Below, in pieces: positions 35,850 through 64,000 of a DNA stretch of 64,000 bases. The DNA lies in assembly GCF_009914755.1 (NCBI RefSeq), contig NC_060943.1. One strand, 5' to 3'. How positions within the stretch are numbered: position 1 is the stretch's first letter; every line of letters starts with the position of its first letter. The translations under genes were made by a program, and so were the position numbers. Source of the DNA: the human T2T-CHM13v2.0 reference genome, Homo sapiens. The notes beneath the pieces are model-generated. The model searched no databases and was not told the DNA's origin. It saw only the letters and a list, made by a program, of their open reading frames with translations.

Positions 35850-36140
35850 GACGGGTTAGAGTCAGTCCTTCACACTGGCTAACTGGGCCTAAGTTTTAAA
35901 AAGAGCTAAGCCGCCACTTGTTAACTAGGGGTCACAAGCACTGTGAGTTTCCTGAAAACCAACACCTTTTTAACTTTGGGGGCTCACCTGAGCTAGTCAA
36001 TCAGAGCTCAGCTGTATCAACCAATCAGAACTGAGTTTCAAGTTTCAGATCTTCATTTGCATAAAAGCACTTGACTAGGAACCCAGATGGGAACTTTTGC
36101 TATAAAACCTAAGCTTTCCCTTGTTCTCTGGAACAAATAA
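35850..36140 (+). mobile_element. LTR-like U3 fragment
   Basis: CCAAT (about 36022), octamer ATTTGCAT (about 36055) and TATAAAA (about 36101) in LTR-like order. Confidence 0.45.
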
Positions 36141-36227
36141 TGTTTAGGTTGCAAACTCCTTATGCCTTTTCCCCAGAACTATGTAGAAATAACGCCTTCT
36201 AAAATGTGATCTTGATACCAGGGAACT

Positions 36228-36260
<33 letters not shown>

Positions 36261-36646
36261 AGTCAGAGTCTTGCTCTGTTGCCCAGGCTGGAGTGCAGTG
36301 GCGTGATCTCAGCTCACTGCAAGCTCCGCCTCCCAAGTGGCTGAGAGACAGGTGCGCACCACCACGCCCAGCTAATTTTTTGTCATTTAGTAGAGATGGG
36401 GTTTCACCCTGTTGGCCAAGATGGTCTCAATCGACCTGACCTTGTGATCTACGTGCCTCGGCCTCCCAAAGTGCTGGGATTACAGGCGTGAGCCACCGCA
36501 CCTGGCTGATACCAGGGAACTCCCAGAGCAAAGCACTAAATACTTTCATTCCTCTAAGGTCTATGACTCTAATCAGCAGAAAGTAGTTAGAGCAGTTATC
36601 ATTCCTTTTCCTTCAAGACTTAGGAATGAACATAATAGGAGGGATT

Positions 36647-37425
36647 TGTAACCACAACAGATTATGTGGTACAACTTCTATATAACAAAGCTGAGTTTTC
36701 AGTTGCCATGGACCCAACACTCAAGGTCACATAATCTGAGCATGCCCAGATGAACCAAATGTGTAACCATGGGTGGAACCTATATGCTTGGACTGAGGTG
36801 TGGAGATTAAAGTAAAAAGTAGATGCTGGGCACGGTGACTCATGCCTGTAATCCCAGCACTTTGGGAGGCTGAGGTGGGTGGATTGCCTGAGCTCAAGAG
36901 TTCAAGACCACCCAGAGCAACATGGTAAAACCCTGTCTCTGTGAAAGATACAAAATATTAACCAGGTGTGGTGGCGCACACCTGTAGTCCCAGCTACTTG
37001 GGAGGCTGAGGCAGAATTGCTTGAGCTCCAGAGGTGAAGGTTGCAGTGAGCGAGATCATGCCACTGCATTCCAGCTTGGGCTACAGAGTGAGGCTCTGTC
37101 TCAAAAAAAAAAAAAAAAAAAAGATACCACATGGTGGAATCTAGGATCTAATCAGGTTGGGCCCCGGTATCATCCCATGGCAGGATCCAATCGAGTCACA
37201 TTAACCTGGCATGAGATCATTGCAAGATGCAGTGAGTTCATGTCTTATTACCCCACGCTTATAAAACTTGCCAAAGCCCCCAGCTCAGGGAGACATATTT
37301 GAGCATTTCTTCCTTTCTCCTTGCCAGTCAAACTTGTAGTAAAGCTTTTCTTTCTTCAAAAGCTGGTGCCATGCTGTTGGCTTGTGTGTACATCTGGAAG
37401 TGAGCCAATTCACTACTTGCTAACA
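36647..37425 (+). mobile_element. ERV 3' LTR preceded by a polypurine tract, interrupted by an Alu
   Basis: aataggagggat|tTGTAACC ... TATAAAA (about 37260) ... AGTAAA ... tAACA. Confidence 0.55.
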
Positions 37426-37429
37426 TAAC

Positions 37430-39885
<2,456 letters not shown>

Positions 39886-39980
39886 GCCGGGCGCGGGGTG
39901 GCTCACGCCTGTAATCTCAGCACCTTGGGAGGCCGAGGCGGGCGGATCACGAGGTCAGGAGATCAAGACCATCCTGGCTA

Positions 39981-40420
<440 letters not shown>

Positions 40421-41282
40421 TTAGGGTTAGTTTTTACCCTTCACTATGTGGCAGGCCAGAGTCTCACTAACACAGGCTTCCATAACAACTGTTTCAGCAC
40501 TGAGTGGTTAAATATTAAAAGTCGAGAGAGCCGATGCCTCTAAACAAAGGCTGGAATGTAACAAAAGCCCAACAAGAGTTTTGCCCAGGCCTTTCCTGGG
40601 CCTTGAAGCATGACAAGATAACGAAGGAATTCCTTTTTTTTTTTTTTTTTTTTTTTTTTGGAGACGGAGTCTTGCTCTGGGACTATAAGTGCATGCCACC
40701 ATGCCCAGCTAATTTTCGTATTTTTAGTAGAGATGGGGTTTCACCATATTGGCAAGGCTGGCCTTGAATTCCTGACCTCAGGTGATCCACCCAAAGTGCT
40801 GGTATTACAGGCGTGAGCCACCGCGCCTGGCCCAGAAAACAGCGTTTTGATTGAATACTATGACTTAAGAAATGTACACAAACACTCGATTCTAATGGGT
40901 ATTTTTCCCTAGAAGGGTATGGATTAGCAATTCTGAAACTATTTTACATGTTAGAATATATGTTGTTATGTTATCTACAATATATGTTGTAGATAATTAG
41001 TGCCTGTTTCTCACTGGAGTTGAAAAAAGTAAAAGAAATAAAGGGACACTGCTAGAATGAACCCAGTGGTGCTAGAAATACAGCACCAGGGAAAAAGAAT
41101 GTTTAATGTTGCTGTGAACTGAGGAGATGAAATCAGAGTCACAAAATGCAGGGAAAGAGCTTAAAAACCAAGGGATTTTAAGCCCTCGGAGGAGTTAGTT
41201 GAGGGAAGAGAGTGGTGGATTAGAAACCCTGATTCCCAAACCTTTGGAAGATGCAGAGGGATACCACTTGCCATTTAGGAAT

Positions 41283-42577
<1,295 letters not shown>

Positions 42578-42589
42578 AAAAAAGGAATA

Positions 42590-43872
<1,283 letters not shown>

Positions 43873-44188
43873 TCAGGAATTTTGGATAAGTCTGTTGGCT
43901 GCATGGCCAAGCCTTTCTCCCACCTTATCTCTCAATCTACTGATTTTCAGCCAAGGAAGTAATAACATGCCAACAACGGAATAAAATCATTAAATGTATG
44001 GAAAAAGTGGAATCACATAGTAGCAATATTTTATAAGGAAATCGAAAGACAAGAAAAGCAAACACTCGAACTAGTTGAGATAAGTAGCCTGCTGCACCCA
44101 CAGTTCACAAACCTGCAGTCAGAAGGTGATACACGTTCCCAAGCTTGTGAGTCAAACTCTGATGAGGCAGGGGCACTTAAAGATTTAA

Positions 44189-44906
<718 letters not shown>

Positions 44907-45209
44907 TAAAAATCAGTTTAATGCATTGACCTATATAAACTGTCAAATTCATAACTCCTTTTCCAGAAGGCAATCTAATGAGTCTTTAAGTCTGACCTTC
45001 ACAGATTTTCCTCCTATATACAAATGACAGCCTGCCTCCTGTGACTCTGTGCATGCCCAAGGCAAAGCACTTGAATGTACTGAGATCTTCAATATTTACA
45101 AAAGAAGATGGTCAGATTAAAATATTCTGTCTATGCCCTCAATGAGCAGGTAGTATAACAGGTTAGAGAGGACAAAATCAAATAAAATGGACATGGAACT
45201 TACCCATGA

Positions 45210-45410
<201 letters not shown>

Positions 45411-45934
45411 TAAAAAAATTTTTTGAGGTAGACACGGCGTGGCGGGGGGATGGGGGAGTCTCACCATGTTGCCCAGGCTGGTCTTGAACCCCTGGGCTCA
45501 AGCAACCCTCCCCCCTCAGCCTTCCACAGTGCTGGGAATACAGGTGTGAGCCACCGTGCCTGGCGATGGTTTCTAAAAAGCACTTTGCTTCAAAGGATTT
45601 AGAGAGCCACAGGTGGGTTCATCTGGGGCCAGTTAGACTGCTTGAAAAGGAAAGCTATTTATGCAATCTGCAGCTGCCTAGGAAATGGCCCCAAAGTTCC
45701 CAGAGTTACAGTCTCAAAAAGGACGCAACCCCCTAGCTGCATCTACATGTGGGTTTCCCGCTTTCCAGGGCACTGCAGCTTCTCAGAATCCACAGTCCTT
45801 AGCTGTTCTGAGCAGCTGGAGGCCATCCGCAAGGGTAGGCAGGATGCCCAGCTCCATTCTCCTCCCTTTGTAGGCTTAAGACTGGTGTCAGCTTAAAGTC
45901 ACTGTCCTCAGGCTCTGCTGCCCACTCCAGGTTT

Positions 45935-46864
<930 letters not shown>

Positions 46865-47373
46865 AGGTTATTCACCTGCCTTTCACTGATAAGTTAAATG
46901 AGACAAAGACCCTCAATCCCACTGTTTGAATAAGAAGCCAGCAGACTCCTGGGTTTTCTCCTATGTTTATATATAAAGTAGAGGAAGAAAATTCTAAGAT
47001 ATTTTATATGGGTTAAAAAAAAAAAAAAGCCTGGAGTCCGGGTGCGGTGGCTCACGCCTGTAATTCCAGTACTTTGGGAGGCTGAGGCGGGCGGATCACA
47101 AGGTCAGAAGATCAAGACCATCCTGGCTAACACGGTGAAACCCCGTCTCTACTAAAAATACAAAAAATTAGCCGGGCGTGGTGGCGGGCGCCTGTAGTCC
47201 CAGCTACTTGGGAGACTGAGGCAGGAGAATGGCGTGAACCTGGGAGGCGCAGCTTGCTGAGATCGCGCCACTGCACTCCAGCCTGGGCGACAGAGTGAGA
47301 CTCTGTCTCAAACAAAACAAAACAAAACAAAAAAACCCTGAAAATGGTTGGCTATGGTGGTTCAAGCCTGTCA

Positions 47374-47633
<260 letters not shown>

Positions 47634-49831
47634 TTAAAAACCACCTGGATATAATTATTCCTTTGAGAAAACAAACTGTTATTTTCCTCCTAACAGTTGT
47701 ATAAAACAACTAATCAGGCTGGGCACGGTGGCTCACGCCTGTAATCCCAGCACTTTGGGAGGCCAAGGTGGGCAGATCACTTGAGGTCAGGAGTTCAAGA
47801 CCAGTCTGGTCAACATGGTGAAACCCCATCTGTACTAAAAATACAAAAATTAGCAGGGTGTGGTCGTGCATGCCTGTAATCCCAGCTGCTTGGGAGGCTA
47901 AGGCACGAGAATCACTTGAACCTGGGGAGGTGGAGGTTGTAGTGAGCCGAGATTGAGCCACTGCACCCCAGCCTGGGTGAAAGAGCGAGGCTCTGTCACA
48001 AAACAAAAAAAACAAAAACACACACACGCACACGCACACACTAATCAAAAGTGAACTCTCCCCTTTTTCCTCTGTTTCAGCAGCTCCCCAACCTTCACAG
48101 TTCATGGTTGTCATCACGTGCTCTGTACCTGGTAATGGACATGTTCAGTTTACCCATCTGAAACTCTCAACCCCACTCCATCACCACTGACCCATCCAAT
48201 CATTTCTGCAGCTAAATTCTAAGCATTGTATAAATACCTCTTCCCTTTCAGCAGTCCAGCTGGCCCAGGTTGAATCCACCTGTGGCTCTCTCATTTCCCT
48301 CAATTTCAATTATTCATTTGAAACTATCTTCCAGGATCGACTGTGATATCTTGTATGATGACCACATTCCCTTTATTTGCTTCTGTTCTTCCTAACCCAT
48401 GTCGCCACCTGTTCATTGAGGGCACAGACAGAATATTCTAAGCTGACTATCACCTGCTGTAAATTCTGGAGTCTCAGCACAACCTGGAGAAATCCACAGC
48501 CCAGAGAGGATGTTAATGCCATCCTTACCACAAGAGGGAGCTTCTTATTTTCACTTCTGGAAAATGGCTAAAAACAGAATTTTGGAGTTTTACATAGCAC
48601 AATATAGATGATAGAAGTAAAGGTAACACCATTCAATTTTGTTTCATTTTCTTTCTTTTTTTTTTTCTTTGAGACAGGGTCTCACTCTATTGCCCAGGCA
48701 GGAGTGCATTGTCACGATCACAGCTCACTGCAGCCTCAACCTCCTGGGCTCCAGTGATGCTCCTGCCTCAACCTCCAGTTAGCTGGGACCACGGGTGTGT
48801 ACCACCATGCCTGGCTTATTTTTTAAAAAGTTATTTGTAGAGGTAGGGGTCTCACTATGTTGCCCAGGTGGTCTTGAACTCTGGGCTCAAGTGGTCCTCT
48901 TGCCTCGGCCTCCCAAAGTGTTAGGATTACAGGTGTGAGCCACTGTGGCCAACCTGGTTTCATTTTTATGATTTAACTTTTCCTAGGTTAAAAAAGCAAA
49001 TAAGTCCATGCACAGTGGCTCACCTCTGTAATCCTAGCACTTCGGGAGGTCGAGGCTGGAGGATCACTTGAGCCAAGGAGTTTGAGACCAGCCTGGAGCC
49101 TGGGCAACCTAGTGACACCCTGTCTCCACCAAAGAAAGAAAGAAAGAGAAAGAGAGAGAGGGAGAGCAAAAAAGTCTGTGAATCTTAACTGAATTTCTCT
49201 GAATATGAGAAGTGCAAGGAAATATCTCTACAAACGGAAAGATGTAGGAGTAACTGAGGTGGTACAAAGGATTCTCTCTGAGATGGTGACATTTACTGTG
49301 AGACCTGAAATAATATATTAGGGCAGTAAAACGTTAGGGCAGAGGATTCAGGGAAGATGGCAGAGTAGCAAGCATAAAAAAGCTTTCTCAGGCCGGGCGC
49401 AGTGGCTCACGCTTGTAATCCCAGCACTTTGGGAGACTGAGGCGGGCAGATCATGAGGTCAGGAGTTTGAGACCAGCCTGACCAGCATGGTGAAACTCCG
49501 TCTCTACTAAAAATACAAAATTTAGCTGGGCATGGTGGCCTGCACCTGTAATCCCAGCTACTTGGGAGGCTGAGGCAGGAGAATCGCTTGAACCCGGGTG
49601 TCAGAGGTTGCAGTGAGCAGAGATTGCACCACTGCACTCCAGCCGACAGAGCGAGACTCCATCTAAAAACAAAAGCAAAAACAAAAACAAAAACAAAACC
49701 AAGCTGTCTCAGCCGGGTGTGGTGGCTCACAGCTATAATCCCAGCACTTTGGGAGGCTGAGGTGGGCAGATCACCCGGGGTCGGGAATTCGAGACCAGCC
49801 TGACCAATGTGGAGAAACCTCATCTCTACTA

Positions 49832-50220
<389 letters not shown>

Positions 50221-50859
50221 CTAATTTGGCCTCGGGATCTCTCTCAGAAGCGTGGCTATAAACTTTAGTGCTGGCCAGGCGGGGTAGCTCATGCCTGTAA
50301 TCCCAGCACTTTGGGAGGCCGAGGCGGGCGGATCACAAGGTCAGGAGATCAAGACCATCCTGGCTAACCTGGTGAAACCCAGTCTCTACTAAAAAAAATA
50401 CAAAAAATTAGCCAGGCATGGTGGCGGGCGCCTGTAGTCCCAGCTACTCAGGAAGCTGAGGCAGGAGAATGGCGTGAACCCGGGAGGCAGAGCTTGCAGT
50501 GAGCCGAGATTGCACCACTGCACACCAGCCTGGGCCACTGAGTGAGACTCTGTCTCAAAAAAAGCAAAAACAAAAACAAACAAAAAGAACTTTAGTGCTG
50601 CATTGACGGGGCTCCAGGACACTTGGTTGTGGATATTTACAGTGTGACTTTCATGGGGTCTAATATTTAAGTGTTAACCCATAACCAAATGTCCTTCACA
50701 GGAAACTTGATTATACTGGCAGATGCCCTTATGGTTCTACCTCTGCCAAGTTAATCTCTACCAAGATAGCCAGATACCCACTCTCTACAGAGCCCTGACC
50801 TGGTAATAAGCTAGACATAGGTGTGGCAGTCAGGTGAGACGTGTGAGACAGCATCAGGC

Positions 50860-52430
<1,571 letters not shown>

Positions 52431-53319
52431 TCTATTTATTCATTTTGAGACACAGTGTTGCTCTGTCGTCCAGGCTGGAGTGCAGTGGTACGATCTCGGC
52501 TCACTGCAACCTCTGCCTCCTAGGTTCAAGTGATTCTCATACCTCCAAAGTAGCTGGGATTACAGGCATGCAATTCTCCTGCCTCAGCCTCCCAAGTAGC
52601 TGGGATTACAGGCATGCGTCACCACACCCGGCTAATTTATTTCTATTTTTAGTAGAGACAGGGTTTCACTGTGTTGGCCAGGCTGGTCTGGAACTCCTGG
52701 CCTCAAGGGATCTGCTCACTTCGGCTTCCCCAAGTGCTGGGATTACAGGCGTGAGCCGCAGCGCCTGGCAATGTGAGTTAATTTTAGTGTATAATGTGAG
52801 AAAGGTTCTCAGTTCATCTTTCTGCAGGTCAATATCCCATTTTCCCAGCACATTGTTGAAAACCCATTCCCTATGAAAGCATCTTGGCCCATTTGTTGAA
52901 AATCAATGAGCCATAAACAAAGAGTGTCTTAGTCCATTTGTGCTGCTATCGTGGAATACCACAGACTGGGTAATTTATAAAGAATAGAAATTGACTTTCT
53001 CACAGTTCAGAAGGCTTAGAAATCCAAGAAGACACTGGCATCTGGCTTCAGCATTGCTGCATTCTCACAGGGTGGAAGACAGGAGGGCAAGAGAGGGCAA
53101 ATTGCATTCATCAAACCCTGTATAATGCCATTAATCTATTCACGAGGGCAGAGTCCTCATGATCTAATCACCAAAAGGCCCCTCCTCCCAATAGTGTTGC
53201 AGTGGGAATTAAGTTCTGACTTATAAATTTTAGAGAGTACACAAATATTTAAACCATAGCTAAGGGACTCTCAATTCTGCCCTGCTGGTCTATATAGCTG
53301 ACAATTTGCCAGTAAGTCT

Positions 53320-54000
53320 GGTTACTTTACTACCCACCCTGATGCTGAAGCATCCCATTCCGTCCCACATGATAGTCATGCAGGCATAGAAATGGTTCTA
53401 AAGCCGCAAGAGCATCCCTTAGACAACCTAGATGTACTTCTATTTTAGGATACATCCTGTAAAAGAAATTTTCTGAAGAACATAATAATGGGTCATGCCA
53501 TGGTTGCTCCACATGAAACGCTCGGGGCACTGTCTTCACTCACTGTAAAATCAGCCCAAGGACTGAACTCATAGCTCTTAGGAAAGCTTGCACATTGGCA
53601 AACAAGAAAACTGACACAGAGAGTAAGCTTCCACACCCACAATCTCAGCTACTCAGGAGGCTGAGGCAAGGGGATTCTTGAGGCCAGGAGTTTGAGGCCA
53701 GTTTGAACCACACAGCCAGATTCCACCTCAAAAAGAAAAAAGAAAAAGAAAACGGCTACAATTTACACGGATACCAGATACGCTTTGGGAGTCTTTCATG
53801 CAGTGGACACAGTCTCAAAACCTGGAGGATTTACAACTTGTTCTGGTTACTTATTACCTATCATCTATTACCAATGGACATGTAATACATGCACTATTAC
53901 AGGCTATTCATCTCCCTCCCAAAGTGGCTACTGTTCACTGTTCAGTCCATATTAAGGAGACTTATCCTATGTCTTTCAGGAATGATAGGGCTTAAATACT
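53320..54000 (+). mobile_element. ERV pol RNase H fragment split by a short Alu
   Basis: KSAQ/TELIALRKACTLA ... IYTDTRYALGVFH ... ALLQAIHLPPKVATVHCSVH ... RNDRA match gammaretroviral-type RNase H motifs, with frameshifts and stops. Confidence 0.75.
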
Positions 54001-54199
54001 GTTAAATAGAAAGACAGACATGTACCCCTTTATCCTTTCTCCCCCCAATTTATAAGCCTGCCTTTTTTTTTTTTTTTTTTTTGAGGTGGGGTCTTGCTCT
54101 GTCACCCAGGCTGCAGGGCAGTGGCATGATCACAGCTCAGTGCAGCCTCAACCTTCCAGGCTCAAGTGATCCTCCAACTTCAGCCTCCAAAGTAGCTGA

Positions 54200-54472
<273 letters not shown>

Positions 54473-54778
54473 TAGCCAGTATGGTCTCGATCTCCTGACC
54501 TCGTGATCTGCCCACCTTGGCCTCCCAAAGTGCTGGGATTACAGGCGTGAGCCACCGCGGCCGGCCATTTTTTTATTTTTTGTAAAGGCTGTCTTTAACT
54601 CTGGTTGATATTACTATCAGGTAAATGTCCCATAATCTGAAGGAGACCAATAGATACAAAAGAGAGACAAACAATTGTTGGAGAGATTATATATGCCTCA
54701 TGATTAGTAATTATAGTAACTTGTTAACAATTGTCATTGTTAATGAAAATCAGATTATACCAAACATACTCCTTGTAG

Positions 54779-55082
<304 letters not shown>

Positions 55083-55879
55083 TGAGCCACCATGCCCGAC
55101 CAGCCCCTTTCTTTTGATATTTTGCTTTGCACTAATCTCCTACCAGCTGGGACATTTACAGAGATAGGAAATAGTTAAGAAAATTAAAAAAAGAAAAAAA
55201 AAGAAAAAAAAGAAAAGAAAACTGGCTGTGCCCTGGCATTTACAAAATTTCTGACCCAATTATTTCTCACAACACTACTTACTTGTAAATCTCACACAAC
55301 ACTGCTTACTTGTAAATCTCACACAATTTCATTCCCATGTATATATTCAAGAGAATTGAGGGCAGGGACTCACACAGACACATGTATTCTAATTCTATAG
55401 CAGCCTTATTCACAGTAGTCAAAATGTGATTGTGGAAACCCACATGTTTATCAACATATAAATGGATGAGAACAGTGTGTTTTAACTATACAATGGAAAA
55501 TTATTCAAGCACTAAACAAGAATTTCTGATATGTGCCACCACATGGATGGATCTTGGAAATATTATGCTAAGTGAAATTAGCCAGATATAGAAGCACAAA
55601 TACTGTATGCTTTCACTTATATGAGGTGCCTAGCATAGTCAAATTCACACAGAGAGAAAATAGAATAGAGATTATCAGGACCTGGGGGTGGGAGAGAATA
55701 GGGAATTATGTGTATGTATATGGGATGCTAAGTAGAAATAGCAAGTGGTATGGTAACATGTATAGTATAATCCCATCCAGTATGTATTTTAGTTTGTACC
55801 AGCATTGAAGAAGGGTCTTCCAGATGGACAGTCCCAGTGGTTACACTTGCCATAGGCAACAATGCCCCTGGGCCACATC

Positions 55880-62494
<6,615 letters not shown>

Positions 62495-62580
62495 TGATCT
62501 CCTGACCTTGTGATCCACCCCCCTCGGCCTCCCAAAGTGCTGGGATTACAGGCGTGAGCCACCAGGCCCGGCCTCCCTGA

Positions 62581-63026
<446 letters not shown>

Positions 63027-63436
63027 TAGTCTTTCAACGTATGAATTTCAGGGGACAAATAAACTCAATAATATTGTAATCTCCACCCCAATGTATTTCC
63101 TCACATGCAAAATACATTTATTCCATCCCAACACCATCAAAAGTCTTGACTCATTCTATCATTAACTCTGAAGCCTAAAATCAAAGTCTCATTTAAATAG
63201 CATCTGAATCAGATAAGGGTGAGAGTCAATGTAACATTCATGCTGAGCCAACATTCTTCTCCAGATGTAAAATCAAATCAGTTGTGTACTTTTAAATTAT
63301 AATGGTGGAACAGTTATAAGATAAACAATGCTATTCCGAAGGGGAGCCATATAAGGGGTGGAAGAGTGACAGTTCCCAAGCAAGTCCAAAACCTGGAAAG
63401 GTAAACTTCATGAGATATTTTTTTTTTTTTTTTTGA

Positions 63437-63541
<105 letters not shown>

Positions 63542-64000
63542 TGAGTAGCTTGGATTACAGCCATGTGCCACCACGCCTGGCTAATTTTGTATTTTTAGTA
63601 GAGATGGGGTTTCTCCATGTTAGTCAGGCTGGTCTCGAACTCCCAACCTCAGGTAATCCGCCCGCCTCGGCCTCCCAAAGTGCTGGGATTACAAGTGTGA
63701 GCCACTGCGCCCGGCCAGGATCTTAAGGCTAAATAATAATCCCTTTTCATTCAATACTCTGCCCTCAAGGAATTGTGACACAGCAATTGTGTCCCAGCAT
63801 CTCTGTTAGACATGGATCAAACCCAAATAGCGTTTGATGGCACTGCATCCACACTTCTGGGTTTAGCTCATCTTGTTTGTGGAAACTCCAAAATGTCCCC
63901 TACTGTTGATGCTCAGGAGGCAGCCTTCATGACCTCTAAACAGCTACTGGGATCCTTCTTCTCTTGTCTCTAAGAATACCATGCATTCAGCTCTATGGAT

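Noticed and set aside
36228-36506. Alus with internal deletions or duplications (also 40632-40832, 52530-52620)
   Set aside because: Explained by microhomology-mediated events within Alu sequence, which are common.
55265-55328. About 27-bp tandem duplication (tctcacacaacactgcttacttgtaaa)
   Set aside because: Ordinary slippage duplication at a repeat junction.

Overview
Primate (human-like) Alu-dense genomic DNA from a KRAB zinc-finger gene cluster. The content and order match what I recall for 19p13.2 (ZNF887P - HNRNPA1P10 - ZNF833P); this was not checked against a database. No clearly intact protein-coding gene is present. The window holds: the frameshifted, Alu-interrupted finger exon of one KRAB-ZNF pseudogene (1-1660, +); a complete 4-exon KRAB-ZNF pseudogene (22.2-34.7 kb, +); a young HNRNPA1 retrocopy (-); an SVA; many Alus, L1/L2 pieces, solo LTRs, and ERV pol/env scraps. 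Less obvious structure: (1) a decayed, intron-containing relic of lysosomal alpha-mannosidase (MAN2B1-like, 4 clear collinear exons, 12.6-13.6 kb, -); (2) an orphan KRAB-ZNF promoter/exon 1 with intact ATG|GT and a dense CpG island (42.6-43.5 kb, -) that has no KRAB or finger exons and points at ZNF833P; (3) an old inverted duplication linking 7.9-24 kb (+) to 40.2-62.3 kb (-); (4) retrotransposition oddities: an SVA 3' transduction, a candidate Alu 3' transduction, a reused target site and an Alu-mediated inversion. Repeat subfamily names and reference-protein comparisons are from memory, repeat boundaries are approximate, and only the informative Alus are listed individually.
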